The notes: generated by a model not told the origin, from the sequence alone. A DNA stretch of 64,000 nt from an uncultured Actinomycetes bacterium (GCA_963721345.1 CAVRIT010000002.1:16885-80884), one strand, 5' to 3'; numbered from the stretch's first letter, positions 9,238 to 17,982 are shown. Made by a program: numbers and translations.

Positions 9238-9614
9238 TACGCGTTCCGGGACGTTGCGAAGGACCAGAACTGGCCCTCAGGATCCAACGCGTCGTAGCGC
9301 CGGTCGCCGTACTCCTGCTCGGTCGGCGGCTGGAGGATCTCCGCGCCGGCGGCCATGGCCCGCTCGTAGTGGGCGTCGACGTCAGTGACGTACACGTGGA
9401 CGAGGGAGGAGCGGTGGTCGGCCTTGCGCGGGTTCTTGTAGTCGTCCCCTGGCTGGCCGAGCATCACAGAGTCGTCGCCGAGGCGGAGCTCGGCGTGCTG
9501 GACGACGCCGTCCTCCTCCATTCGCATCACGACCTCGAAGCCGAACGCGCTCGTCAGGAAATCGATCGCCGCGGCGCCGTCTTCGTAGAGCAGGTAGGGC
9601 GCGATCCGTCCCAT
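9237..9614 (-). CDS. VOC/glyoxalase-bleomycin-resistance family protein
   Basis: PYLLYEDGAAAIDFLTSAFGFEV ... HAELRLGDSVMLG, typical of PhnB-like VOC proteins. Confidence 0.8.
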   Translation of the reverse strand: MGRIAPYLLYEDGAAAIDFLTSAFGFEVVMRMEEDGVVQHAELRLGDDSVMLGQPGDDYKNPRKADHRSSLVHVYVTDVDAHYERAMAAGAEILQPPTEQEYGDRRYDALDPEGQFWSFATSRNA

Positions 9615-9631
9615 GCTGCAAGCCTAACGGC

Positions 9632-10312
9632 GTGCGACTGAACGCTTATCTCGCCCGAGCGGGTGTCGCTTCCCGGCGGAAGGCCGACGAGCTGATCAAG
9701 GCCGGACGCGTGACGGTCAACGGCAAGGCCGGGCAGCTGAACACCTTCGTGGAGGGCAGTGACCGTGTCGAGGTGGACGGGGAGGAGGTTCGGCCACAGC
9801 GTCTGGCGTACGTCCTGCTTCACAAGCCTGCGGGGGTGGTGACGACGGCCTCGGACCCGCAGGGCCGGCCGACGGTCGTCGATCTCGTCCGTCACGAGGT
9901 GCGCGTCGTGCCGGTGGGCCGGCTGGACGTGGAGACGACCGGCGCGCTGCTCCTCACCAACGACGGCGACCTCGCGCACCGGCTGGCGCATCCGAAGTAC
10001 GAGGTGGAGAAGGTCTACGAAGCGGAGGTCGAGGGCGAGCCGTCGGACGAGGCGCTGCGCCGGCTGGCAGAAGGTGTCGAGCTGGAGGACGGGCCGACCG
10101 CGCCGGCGCAGGTCCGGCGACTCGCGCCGTCAGTGATCGAGCTGTCGATCCACGAAGGCCGGAACAGGCAGGTGCGGCGGATGCTCGAGGCTGTGGGGCA
10201 CCCCGTCCGGCGACTCCATCGCAGCCGCTACGCGGGCCTGACGGCGGACGATCTGGCCCCTGGCGAGTGGCGCGAAGTCCCAAAGGGCGACCTCGAATCC
10301 ACGCCCACCTGA
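9632..10312 (+). CDS. rluB: RsuA/RluB-family 16S/23S rRNA pseudouridine synthase
   Basis: S4 domain MRLNAYLARAGVASRRKADELIKAGRVTVNG; catalytic GRLDVETTGALLLTNDG. Confidence 0.88.
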   Translation: MRLNAYLARAGVASRRKADELIKAGRVTVNGKAGQLNTFVEGSDRVEVDGEEVRPQRLAYVLLHKPAGVVTTASDPQGRPTVVDLVRHEVRVVPVGRLDVETTGALLLTNDGDLAHRLAHPKYEVEKVYEAEVEGEPSDEALRRLAEGVELEDGPTAPAQVRRLAPSVIELSIHEGRNRQVRRMLEAVGHPVRRLHRSRYAGLTADDLAPGEWREVPKGDLESTPT

Positions 10313-10327
10313 CCGCTCGGGCCGTAT

Positions 10328-10346
10328 CCGGGTGCCAAGCACCCGG
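10328..10346 (+). terminator. Hairpin downstream of rluB (no U-tract)
   Basis: CCGGGTGC-CAA-GCACCCGG, a perfect 8-bp stem 16 nt after the rluB stop. Confidence 0.35.
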
Positions 10347-10488
10347 ACGCGTCCGGAACTGACAGTGACCGGAGCCCAAAAGCTCGGTGAGGCGGACGGG
10401 TCGACGGATTCGGGCACGGCCCTTCGGGCCGCGCTGGATCCGGATCTGCTCTGTCTGATTTCTGCCGTGTCTTGGTGCCAGGCAGCGG

Positions 10489-10511
10489 GACACGGCTCGG
10501 CGAGCCGTGTC
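10489..10511 (-). terminator. Hairpin immediately downstream of trpS (no U-tract)
   Basis: GACACGGCTC-GSC-GAGCCGTGTC, a perfect 10-bp stem beginning 5 nt after the trpS stop. A third GCCGTGTC copy at 10464-10471 allows an alternative pairing. Confidence 0.4.
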
Positions 10512-10515
10512 TGTC

Positions 10516-11496
10516 TCAGGCGCGGACGAAGCCCATGAGCTCGTACATCGCCTCGAGCGTGGGGGCTGACGCTTCCCGCGCCTTGTCGGCGCCCTTCCCG
10601 AGCATGCGCTGGAGCTCTGCCGCGTCGCCGCGCAGATCGCGATAGCGCTCCTGGATCGGGCCGACGACCGCGACCACCGCGTCGGCGACGTCCGACTTGA
10701 ACTGCCCGTAGCCGGCGCCGTCGTAGCGGGCCTCGATTGCGTCCGGCGCCTCGCCCGTCGCCACCGACAGGATGTCGATCAGGTTCGCGATCCCCTCCTT
10801 GCCGGGACCGCGGCGCACATCGCGGCCCGAATCGGTCACCGCGCTCTTCACCTTCTTCGTCAGCACCTCGGGCGGATCGAGGAGCGACAGCGTCCCCTGC
10901 GGCGTGCCGAGCGTCGTCGACATCTTCCGCTCGGGCTCCTGGAGATCCATGATCCGCGCGCCAACCTCCGGGAATCGGCCCTTCGGCAGCTTGAACGTCT
11001 CGCCGAACCGCGAGTTGAACCGCTCCGCGACGTCGCGCGCAAGCTCGAGGTGCTGCCGCTGGTCGTCCCCGATCGGTACGAGATCGGTCTGGTAGAGCAG
11101 GATGTCGCCCGCCATCAGCACGGGATAGGTGAAGAGCCCCGTGGAGACGAACTCGTGCTGGTCTGACTTCTCCTTGAACTGGGTCATCCGGCGCAGCTCG
11201 CCCATGCTCGTGACCGCCGCGAGCAGCCAGGCCGCCTCGGCATGCGCCGTCACCTGGCTCTGGACGAACACCGTCGAGCGGTCGGGGTCGAGTCCCGTGG
11301 CGAAGAGCATCGCCGCGAGGTCGAGCGTCCGCTCTCGCAGGTCGGCGGGGTCGTAGTCGACCGTGATCGAGTGCAGGTCGACGATGCAGAAGAACGCGTC
11401 GCCCTCCTCCTGCGTGGCGGCGTACTGGCGGAAGCCCCCGCTGTAGTTGCCGAAGTGCTTGTCGCCCGTGGGCTGGATGCCGGAGAAGACCCTCAT
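10516..11496 (-). CDS. trpS: Tryptophan--tRNA ligase
   Basis: MRVFSGIQPTGDKHFGNYSGG (HIGH-type) and KMSTT (KMSKS-type). The ATG overlaps the trpA stop (ATGA). Confidence 0.95.
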   Translation of the reverse strand: MRVFSGIQPTGDKHFGNYSGGFRQYAATQEEGDAFFCIVDLHSITVDYDPADLRERTLDLAAMLFATGLDPDRSTVFVQSQVTAHAEAAWLLAAVTSMGELRRMTQFKEKSDQHEFVSTGLFTYPVLMAGDILLYQTDLVPIGDDQRQHLELARDVAERFNSRFGETFKLPKGRFPEVGARIMDLQEPERKMSTTLGTPQGTLSLLDPPEVLTKKVKSAVTDSGRDVRRGPGKEGIANLIDILSVATGEAPDAIEARYDGAGYGQFKSDVADAVVAVVGPIQERYRDLRGDAAELQRMLGKGADKAREASAPTLEAMYELMGFVRA

Positions 11497-12188
11497 GCGT
11501 GCACCATTCTGCTCAACGACCGGACGAACTCGCGGAGTGCGGCAGGGCCCTCCTCCGCCACCTCGACTGCGCGCGTCCCCACCACGACCCCGTCCGCCAG
11601 CTCCGCGGCGGCGCCCGCCTGTTCCGGCGTCGTGATCCCGAAGCCGGCGTAGAGCGGGACGTCGGCCGCGCGGCGCGCCCGCTCGACGAGCGGCGCCAGG
11701 GCGGGGGAGAGGCCGTTCCGCGCGCCGGTCGTCCCGGTGACCGTCACGAGGTAGAGCCAGCCGTCGGTGTGGTTCGCCGCCAGCGCGATCCGCTCGTCGG
11801 TCGAGGTCGGGGCGACGAGTTGGACGCGGCGGAGCTCCGGCCGCTCGTCCACCGGCAGGTCGGCGACGATCAGGGAGCTGGCGCCGGCCGCCCTTGCGTC
11901 CTCGTCGAACCGCTCGTAGCCGTAGGCCTCGAGCAGCGCGGCGTAGGTCATCGGGACGAGCGGGACGTCCACGCGCTCACGCGTTGCCGCGAGGCATTCC
12001 AGGCACGCCTCGGTGCGCATTCCCTCCGCCAGGGCGCGCTCGGCCGCTCGGCGGATCACCGGCCCGTCCGCCAGCGGATCGGAGAAGGGAAAGCCCAGCT
12101 CGACGAGATCCGCGCCGCCCTCCACCGCCGCCTCCGCGAGCTCCGGCGTGTCGCGACCCGCCATCAGGTAGACGGCGAGCGTCTTCAT
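11493..12188 (-). CDS. trpA: Tryptophan synthase alpha chain
   Basis: [13 protein letters not shown] ... ADLVELGFPFSDPLADGPVIRRAAERAL ... GFGITTPEQA. The start overlaps the GNAT stop (ATGA). Confidence 0.93.
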   Translation of the reverse strand: MKTLAVYLMAGRDTPELAEAAVEGGADLVELGFPFSDPLADGPVIRRAAERALAEGMRTEACLECLAATRERVDVPLVPMTYAALLEAYGYERFDEDARAAGASSLIVADLPVDERPELRRVQLVAPTSTDERIALAANHTDGWLYLVTVTGTTGARNGLSPALAPLVERARRAADVPLYAGFGITTPEQAGAAAELADGVVVGTRAVEVAEEGPAALREFVRSLSRMVHA

Positions 12189-12742
12189 TCGCCCGGGAGC
12201 AGCGAGTAGACGGTCATGTCGGCGCGTCCGCCCCACCGGCGCGGGAGGGAGCGGAGGACGCCTTCGCGGGTGAAGCCGGCGCGCTCCAGCACGCGCTCCG
12301 ACGCGGTGTTGCCCACGAACACCCGCGCCTCGACGCGCTCCGCCCCCATCGCGAACCCGCGCTCGGCGAGGAACCGGGCAATCCGCGTCGCGATGCCACG
12401 ACCTTGCGCCTCGGGGAACAGCCAGTAGCCGATCTCGACCTGCCCGAGCGCCCAGTTGAAGTCGTGGAGGACGGCGCCGCCGTAGAGCTCGCCGGTCTCG
12501 GCGTTCTCGACGAGCAGCGGCAGCATGATCCCGTCCCGGATCAGCTCGGGGAACAGGTCGAGCTGAGCGCGAAGCTCGTCGATCCCGAGCCGCGGCATGT
12601 TCGCCGCACCGCCGATCGACTCGTCGGCGAAGGCCGGCGCGATCTTCTCGACGTCCTCGGCCCTCGGCATCCGGTAGAGCAGGCCGTCGTGCACGAGGCC
12701 GTCGGCCGGGAAGTCGAGCGGGCGGTCCTCGGCGTCAAGCAC
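12185..12742 (-). CDS. RimJ/RimL-like GNAT N-acetyltransferase embedded in the trp operon
   Basis: Acetyl-CoA-binding core [28 protein letters not shown] ... [20 protein letters not shown]. The proposed GTG at 12742 overlaps the trpB end by 8 nt. The longest ORF would extend to 12811. Confidence 0.75.
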   Translation of the reverse strand: MLDAEDRPLDFPADGLVHDGLLYRMPRAEDVEKIAPAFADESIGGAANMPRLGIDELRAQLDLFPELIRDGIMLPLLVENAETGELYGGAVLHDFNWALGQVEIGYWLFPEAQGRGIATRIARFLAERGFAMGAERVEARVFVGNTASERVLERAGFTREGVLRSLPRRWGGRADMTVYSLLPGE

Positions 12743-13841
12743 GGCCGAGGTCCTTGTCGCCCCTCCCGGACAGGCAGAGCAGGACGAGCTCCGCGTCGAG
12801 CTCGGCGACACGCGCGAGTGCGTGGGCCGGCTCGAGCGCCGGGATGATCCCTTCAGTGCGGGCCAGGCGCTCGAAGGCCGCGCGCGCCTCCTCGTCGGTC
12901 GAGCTCAGGTACTCGGCTCGTCCGGTGTCCCGCAGGAACGCGTGCTCCGGCCCGACGCCGGGATAGTCGAGCCCCGCCGCAACGGAGTGCGCGTCGAGGA
13001 TCTGGCCGTCCTCGTCGGCGAGCAGGGACGACCGGGCGCCGTGGAGGACTCCCGGCCGGCCGTCGCCGAGGCTGGCGGCGTCGTGCGCTTCGACGCCGAC
13101 GAGTCTCACCTCCGCGTCGTCGACGAACCCGGCGAAGAGCCCGATCGCGTTGGAGCCGCCGCCGACACAGGCCACGGCGACTTCCGGCAGCCGCCCCTCG
13201 GCTTCGAGGAGCTGGGCGCGCGCCTCGTGGCCGATCACGGCCTGGAGCTCCCGGACGAGCTCTGGGTAGGGGTGCGGGCCGACGCAGGAGCCGATCAGGT
13301 AGTGCGTCGTCTCGACGTTGGCGATCCAGTCGCGGATCGCCTCGCTCGTCGCCTCTCGCAGCGTCCGCGTCCCGAATTCCACCGGCCGCACCTCTGCGCC
13401 GAGGAGCCGCATCCGCTCGACGTTCGGCCGCTGGCGCTCCATGTCCTCGGCGCCCATGTAGACGACGCACTCGAAGCCGAAGCGCGCGCAGACCGTCGCC
13501 GTCGCGACGCCGTGCTGGCCCGCGCCGGTCTCCGCGACGATCCGCTGCTTCCCGAGCCGCTGCGCGAGGAGCGCCTGGCCGAGCGTGTTGTTCAGCTTGT
13601 GCGCGCCGGTGTGGAGCAGGTCTTCGCGCTTCAGGTAGAGCCGCTTGTCCGGCGCGAAACGCTCGGCCAGCGTCAGCGGCGTCGGCCGGCCGCCGAACGT
13701 CCGGAGCAGGTGATCGAGCTGCTGCTGGAACGCCGGATCCTCGCGCGCCTCGTTCCAGCCCGCCTCGAGCTCGTCGAGCGCCGGGATCAGCGTCTCCGGG
13801 ACGTAGCGACCGCCGTAGGCGCCGTAGAGCCCGACGCTCAT
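12735..13841 (-). CDS. trpB: Tryptophan synthase beta chain
   Basis: [26 protein letters not shown] ... HTGAHKLNN ... GGGSNAIG. The ATG at 13841 overlaps the trpCF stop (ATGA). The longer track ORF upstream is Arg-rich out-of-frame trpCF sequence. Confidence 0.95.
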   Translation of the reverse strand: MSVGLYGAYGGRYVPETLIPALDELEAGWNEAREDPAFQQQLDHLLRTFGGRPTPLTLAERFAPDKRLYLKREDLLHTGAHKLNNTLGQALLAQRLGKQRIVAETGAGQHGVATATVCARFGFECVVYMGAEDMERQRPNVERMRLLGAEVRPVEFGTRTLREATSEAIRDWIANVETTHYLIGSCVGPHPYPELVRELQAVIGHEARAQLLEAEGRLPEVAVACVGGGSNAIGLFAGFVDDAEVRLVGVEAHDAASLGDGRPGVLHGARSSLLADEDGQILDAHSVAAGLDYPGVGPEHAFLRDTGRAEYLSSTDEEARAAFERLARTEGIIPALEPAHALARVAELDAELVLLCLSGRGDKDLGRA

Positions 13842-14992
13842 CGCGCGGCCTCGACGAACGCGCGCACCTTGTCGTGATCCTTGAATCCGGGCTCGCGCTC
13901 CAGCCGCGAAGCAGCGTCGACCGCCCATGGCTCGACGGCGTCGATCGCGGCGCGGACGTTGTCCGGCCCGAGGCGGCCGGCGAGCACCACGCGGCCGTTC
14001 TCGGCGTTGGCGCGGTCGAGATGGGCGGGGTCGTCCTCCTCCCAGGGAAGGTCGAGCACGCGCGCGACCTGAGACCCGTCTCGCAGCAGGACTGCGTCGC
14101 GCCCGCGAACACGGCCGGGCTCCACCTCGTACAGCTGGACGAGGTCGGCGCCCGCGTCCTCGTACTCGCCGACGTGGACTGAGACGGAGAGCATCGTCTC
14201 GGGCACCGGGAGGACCTCGGTAGCGCGCCGTGGGCTCTCGTCGACGAGGATGAACCCCGCCAGGTCGGCGCCTGCTTCCGCCGCAGCGGCGACGTCCTCC
14301 TCCCGCGTGAGGCCGCACACCTTGACCAGCGGCCGGGAGATCAGCTCCGCGAGCTTCCTCGCGGGATCCGCGGCGCGCATCAGCGTCGAGCCGACGAGGA
14401 TCGCGTCGGCGCCGGCAAGCTCGGCGGCGGCGCCCTGGGCACGCGAGGCGATCGCGCTCTCCGCGACGATCACGCGATCTCGCGGTGCTCGCGCGACGAG
14501 GTCGAGCTGTGCGGCGCGGTCGATCTCGAAGGTGGAGAGATCGCGCGCGTTGATCCCGATCACCTCGGCGCCGAGCTCGACGGCGCGCTGGAGCTCCTCC
14601 GCGTCGTGCGCCTCGACCAGCGTGTCGAGACCGAGCTCGCGCGCGACTTGCATCAGTTCCATCGTGCTCTGGTCGTCGAGATCCCTCAACAACAAGAGAA
14701 CGGCGTCGGCGCCGTGCTCCCGCGCCGTCCGAAGGTCTTCCCGCGTCGTGAAGAACCCCTTGGCGAGGAGCGGCAGGCTCGCCGCCGCCCGGGCTGCCGC
14801 GAGATCGGCGAACGTGCCCCCGAAGCGCTCGTCCACGAGGATCGAGACAGCGGCCGCACCGGACCGCTCGAACCCCGCGGCCAGCGAGGCGGGATCCGCG
14901 TCAGGCCGGAGGTCGCCGGCCGAGGGCGAGCGCCGCTTCACCTCGGCAATCGCGCCGAGGCCCGGCTCGCGGAGCGCGTCAGCGAAACGCAA
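13838..14992 (-). CDS. trpC: Bifunctional indole-3-glycerol-phosphate synthase / phosphoribosylanthranilate isomerase (TrpC-TrpF fusion); start uncertain
   Basis: IGPS part: [16 protein letters not shown] ... ILVDERFGG ... GINARDL. PRAI part: [35 protein letters not shown]. The only plausible start near the domain boundary is TTG at 14992. Confidence 0.85.
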   Translation of the reverse strand: MRFADALREPGLGAIAEVKRRSPSAGDLRPDADPASLAAGFERSGAAAVSILVDERFGGTFADLAAARAAASLPLLAKGFFTTREDLRTAREHGADAVLLLLRDLDDQSTMELMQVARELGLDTLVEAHDAEELQRAVELGAEVIGINARDLSTFEIDRAAQLDLVARAPRDRVIVAESAIASRAQGAAAELAGADAILVGSTLMRAADPARKLAELISRPLVKVCGLTREEDVAAAAEAGADLAGFILVDESPRRATEVLPVPETMLSVSVHVGEYEDAGADLVQLYEVEPGRVRGRDAVLLRDGSQVARVLDLPWEEDDPAHLDRANAENGRVVLAGRLGPDNVRAAIDAVEPWAVDAASRLEREPGFKDHDKVRAFVEAAR

Positions 14993-15981
14993 TGAGAGCC
15001 TCCAACCGCTCGGCCGCCGCACCGGACGCCACCGTTTCCCGCGCGATCTCCAGCCCCTCTCGCAGATCCTCGGCATGTCCGCCGGCAGCGATCGCACCTG
15101 CCGCGTTCAGCAGGATCGCGTCACGCCGGCCGCCGTTGCCGCCGGCGAAGACCTCGCGGATCGCCGCAGCGTTCTCTTCCGGGGAGCCGCCGCGCAGGGC
15201 CTCCGGGACGCACCGTTCGACACCGAGGTCGAGCGGATCGATCTCGCGTTCACGGACCCCGCCGTCCACGACCTCGCACACGAGGTTGGGGCCGGCGGGC
15301 GACAGCTCGTCGATCCCGCCGGCCCCGTGCACGACGAACGCGCGTCGCGCACCGAGCGCCGCGAGCACCTCGGCGATGGTCTTGACCAGATCCGGCGAGT
15401 AGACGCCGACGACTTGCGCGCGCGCTCCGGCCGGGTTCGTCAGCGGCCCGAGCACGTTGAAGACCGTCCGCGCCGCCAGCTCTTTCCGCACCGGCGCCGC
15501 GTGCTTCATCGCAGGGTGGTGCGTCGGCGCGAACAGGAACCCGAAGCCGAGCGTGTCGATCGACTCGGAGATCCGGTCGGCCGGGCAGCTCGAGCTCGAA
15601 GCCGAGCGCCTCGAGCACGTCGGCCGAGCCCGAGTTGGACGAGACCGCGCGGTTCCCGTGCTTGGCGACACCTGCCCCGGCCGCTGCAGCGACCAGCGCG
15701 GCCGCTGTCGAGATGTTGAACGTCCGTCCGCCGTCACCGCCCGTTCCCGCGGTGTCCACCAGATCTTCGCGCCGAGGCTTGATCCCCTTCACGTGCGCCC
15801 GCATCGCCTCGGCGCACCCGGCGATCTCGTCCGCCGTCTCGCCCTTGAGCCGCAGCGCCACGAGGAACCCGCCGATCTGCGCCGGCGTCGCCTCGCCGCG
15901 CATGATCGTGTTCATCGCCTCGCGCGCCTCGTCCCGCGTGAGGTCGTGTCCGTCGAGCAATCGGGCGAGCAGCGCCTGCAT
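14979..15981 (-). pseudogene. trpD: Anthranilate phosphoribosyltransferase, split by a 1-nt insertion (frameshift near 15579-15587)
   Basis: N-terminal part ([23 protein letters not shown] ... DTAGTGGDG ... [14 protein letters not shown]) is in one frame. The C-terminal part ([27 protein letters not shown] ... [10 protein letters not shown]) is in the +1 frame. Total length is 1003 nt (3n+1). The ATG overlaps the trpG stop. Confidence 0.9.
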
Positions 15982-16529
15982 CACGGCCCATCCAGGAAGT
16001 TGCGGACGAGGTCGGGCCCGATCGGAGTCAGCACCGACTCGGGGTGGAACTGGACGCCGTCCACGCGCAGCTCCCGGTGGCGGACGGCCATCACCTCGCC
16101 CTCGGCGCAGGTGGCGGAGACGTCGAGGTCGTCCGGGATCGAGGTTGCGGCGAGCGAGTGGTAGCGCCCGGCGATGAAGTCGGCCGGCAGCCCCCGGAAG
16201 AGGCCGAGCCCGTCGTGGCTGATCACGCTCGCCTTCCCGTGGACGATCGACTTCGCCTGCCCGACCTCGCCGCCGAACACTTCCACGATCGCCTGGTGGC
16301 CCAGGCAGACGCCGAGCGTCGGGATGCGTGGCGCAAGCCTGCGGATGATCTCGAGCGTCTCGCCGGCAGCCGACGGACGGCCCGGACCGGGGGAGATCAC
16401 GAGGTGCGTGGGCTCCAGCCGCTCCGCCTCGTCCGCGTCGATCGCGTCGTTGCGGCGAACCTCGACCTCCGCGCCCTGCTCGCCGAGGAGGTGCGCGAGG
16501 TTGTAGGTGAACGAGTCGTAGTTGTCCAC
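15981..16529 (-). CDS. trpG: Anthranilate synthase component II (glutamine amidotransferase)
   Basis: [27 protein letters not shown] ... GVCLGHQAI ... VQFHPES. The ORF starts exactly at V-DNYDSF (GTG 16529). The usual hydrophobic beta-1 residues are missing unless a 1-nt indel is assumed (see findings). Confidence 0.88.
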   Translation of the reverse strand: MDNYDSFTYNLAHLLGEQGAEVEVRRNDAIDADEAERLEPTHLVISPGPGRPSAAGETLEIIRRLAPRIPTLGVCLGHQAIVEVFGGEVGQAKSIVHGKASVISHDGLGLFRGLPADFIAGRYHSLAATSIPDDLDVSATCAEGEVMAVRHRELRVDGVQFHPESVLTPIGPDLVRNFLDGP

Positions 16530-17773
16530 GAGGCAAGATCACGCGAGCGAGCCTCCGCGAGGTCGATCGCGCGCTCGAGCGCCGCGAGCTTCCGCAGGCA
16601 CTCGTCGTGCTCGGCGCTCGGCGACGAGTCCGCGACGATCCCCGCGCCCGCCTGCAGGTGGGCGATTCCGTCGTGGAGGACGATTGTGCGGATCGCGATG
16701 CAGGTGTCGACCGGCCCGCCCGGCAGGAAGTAACCGACGGCGCCCGCGTAGGGGCCGCGCCGGTGCTCCTCGAGCTCCGAGATGATCTGCATCGCGCGCA
16801 CCTTGGGCGCGCCGCTGACCGTGCCGGCCGGGAAGCACGCGCGCAGCAGGTCGAACTGCGAGACGCCGTCGTTCAGCTCGCCCGTGACCTCGGAAACGAG
16901 GTGCGTCACGTGCGAGTAGCGCTCGGGCTCGAGGAAGCGCTGCACGCGAACCGTCCCCGGGCGGCAGACGCGCGAGAGGTCGTTGCGCCCGAGGTCGACG
17001 AGCATCACGTGCTCGGCCCGGTCCTTCTCGGAGTCCAGCAGCCGCTGCGCGTCGCCTTCGCCGGGGTGCGTCGTGCCCGCGATCGGGTTCAGCTCGGCGA
17101 TCCCGTTCTCCGACTTCACGAGCGTCTCCGGCGAGGAGCCGACGAGCGAGAGCTCGCCGAGCTCGAGGACGAAGAGGTACGGCGAGGGGTTCACGCGACG
17201 GAGCGAGCGGTAGAGGTCGACGGCGGTCGCCTTCGTCGGTCGCTCGGCGCGCTGCGAGAGGACGATCTGGAACGCGTCGCCGGCGCGGATGTAGCGCTTC
17301 GCCTTCTCGACGCGCTTCTCGTACTCGAAGCGGCCGGGAAAGCGGCGTGTCGCGCTGCCCTTCCCGCCCGCGCCGTTCGCCGGCTCCTCGACCTGAGCGG
17401 CGAGCCGCGCGGCGACCTCGTCCGGGTTACCGCGCAGCACCTCCGCGAGCCCGAGCACGTGGTCGAAGCGGATCAGCGTGTCGGGGACGACGAACAGGCT
17501 CTCCGGGAGAGCCGGGCCCTTGTCCGGCAGCCCGACCGACGGCTCGAGCACCGCCGCGTGGTCGTAGCCCAGGTAGCCGACGACCGGCTCGCCGAGGCGC
17601 TCGGCCTCAGCGAAATCCACGAACCGGGAGCCGGACCCGACGAACGAGTGCCGCCCGAGCCGCCCGCGCTCCACCGACTCGAGCAGGAAGCTCGCCGCCC
17701 CGCCGCCGCGCAGCCTGAGGTAGGCCCCGAGCGGGGAGATCAGGTCGGTGGAGATGACGGTTTGGACATTCAT
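16397..17773 (-). CDS. trpE: Anthranilate synthase component I; 3' end anomalous
   Basis: GGAG RBS plus ATG at 17773. [14 protein letters not shown] ... [12 protein letters not shown] ... [15 protein letters not shown] ... [11 protein letters not shown] ... [18 protein letters not shown]. Homology ends near 16543, but the frame stays open to 16397, overlapping trpG. Confidence 0.9.
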   Translation of the reverse strand: MNVQTVISTDLISPLGAYLRLRGGGAASFLLESVERGRLGRHSFVGSGSRFVDFAEAERLGEPVVGYLGYDHAAVLEPSVGLPDKGPALPESLFVVPDTLIRFDHVLGLAEVLRGNPDEVAARLAAQVEEPANGAGGKGSATRRFPGRFEYEKRVEKAKRYIRAGDAFQIVLSQRAERPTKATAVDLYRSLRRVNPSPYLFVLELGELSLVGSSPETLVKSENGIAELNPIAGTTHPGEGDAQRLLDSEKDRAEHVMLVDLGRNDLSRVCRPGTVRVQRFLEPERYSHVTHLVSEVTGELNDGVSQFDLLRACFPAGTVSGAPKVRAMQIISELEEHRRGPYAGAVGYFLPGGPVDTCIAIRTIVLHDGIAHLQAGAGIVADSSPSAEHDECLRKLAALERAIDLAEARSRDLASWTTTTRSPTTSRTSSASRARRSRFAATTRSTRTRRSGWSPRTS

Positions 17774-17791
17774 CTTTTGGTCTCCTGCGGT

Positions 17792-17809
17792 GCCAGACTT
17801 CAGTCTGGC
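17792..17809 (-). promoter_or_regulatory. Perfect hairpin just 5' of the trpE Shine-Dalgarno
   Basis: GCCAGAC-UGAA-GUCUGGC (7-bp stem) ends 5 nt before the GGAG of the trpE RBS (four intervening nt). Confidence 0.4.
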
Positions 17810-17825
17810 TTCGCGAACAATCACG

Positions 17826-17856
17826 ACAAACAAAAAGACCCTCCGGCGGAGAGTCT
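17826..17856 (-). terminator. Intrinsic terminator (trp attenuator)
   Basis: On the minus strand, AGACUCUCC-GCC-GGAGGGUCU (9-bp stem with one G-U pair) is followed directly by UUUUUGUUUG. It lies between the leader ORF and trpE. Confidence 0.8.
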
Positions 17857-17887
17857 TCGAGCGGTACGGGTCTTGGCCTGGGTCAGC

Positions 17888-17950
17888 TCAGCGCAGGCTC
17901 CCGCACCGCTCGTGGCGCCAGGCCCAGCCCCAGGTGCGGACGGGAGTCAT
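17888..17950 (-). CDS. trpL: trp operon leader peptide (20 aa, 3 Trp codons)
   Basis: ATG at 17950 ... TGA at 17890-17888 encodes MTPVRTWGWAWRHERCGSLR. Trp codons sit at 17932-17930, 17926-17924 and 17920-17918, upstream of a terminator and of trpE. Confidence 0.75.
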   Translation of the reverse strand: MTPVRTWGWAWRHERCGSLR

Positions 17951-17982
17951 CGCGCTCAGGGTACGTGCGGCTCCAGCGCCGG

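Noticed and set aside
10313-10515. Possible tRNA, SRP RNA or other housekeeping RNA in the longer intergenic gaps (5597-5896, 10313-10515, 27918-28279, 47152-47288).
   Set aside because: No T-loop (GGTTCGAATC-like) or cloverleaf arrangement, no SRP GGAAGCAGC-type motif and no RNase P or tmRNA signatures were visible by eye. This cannot be fully excluded without covariance models.
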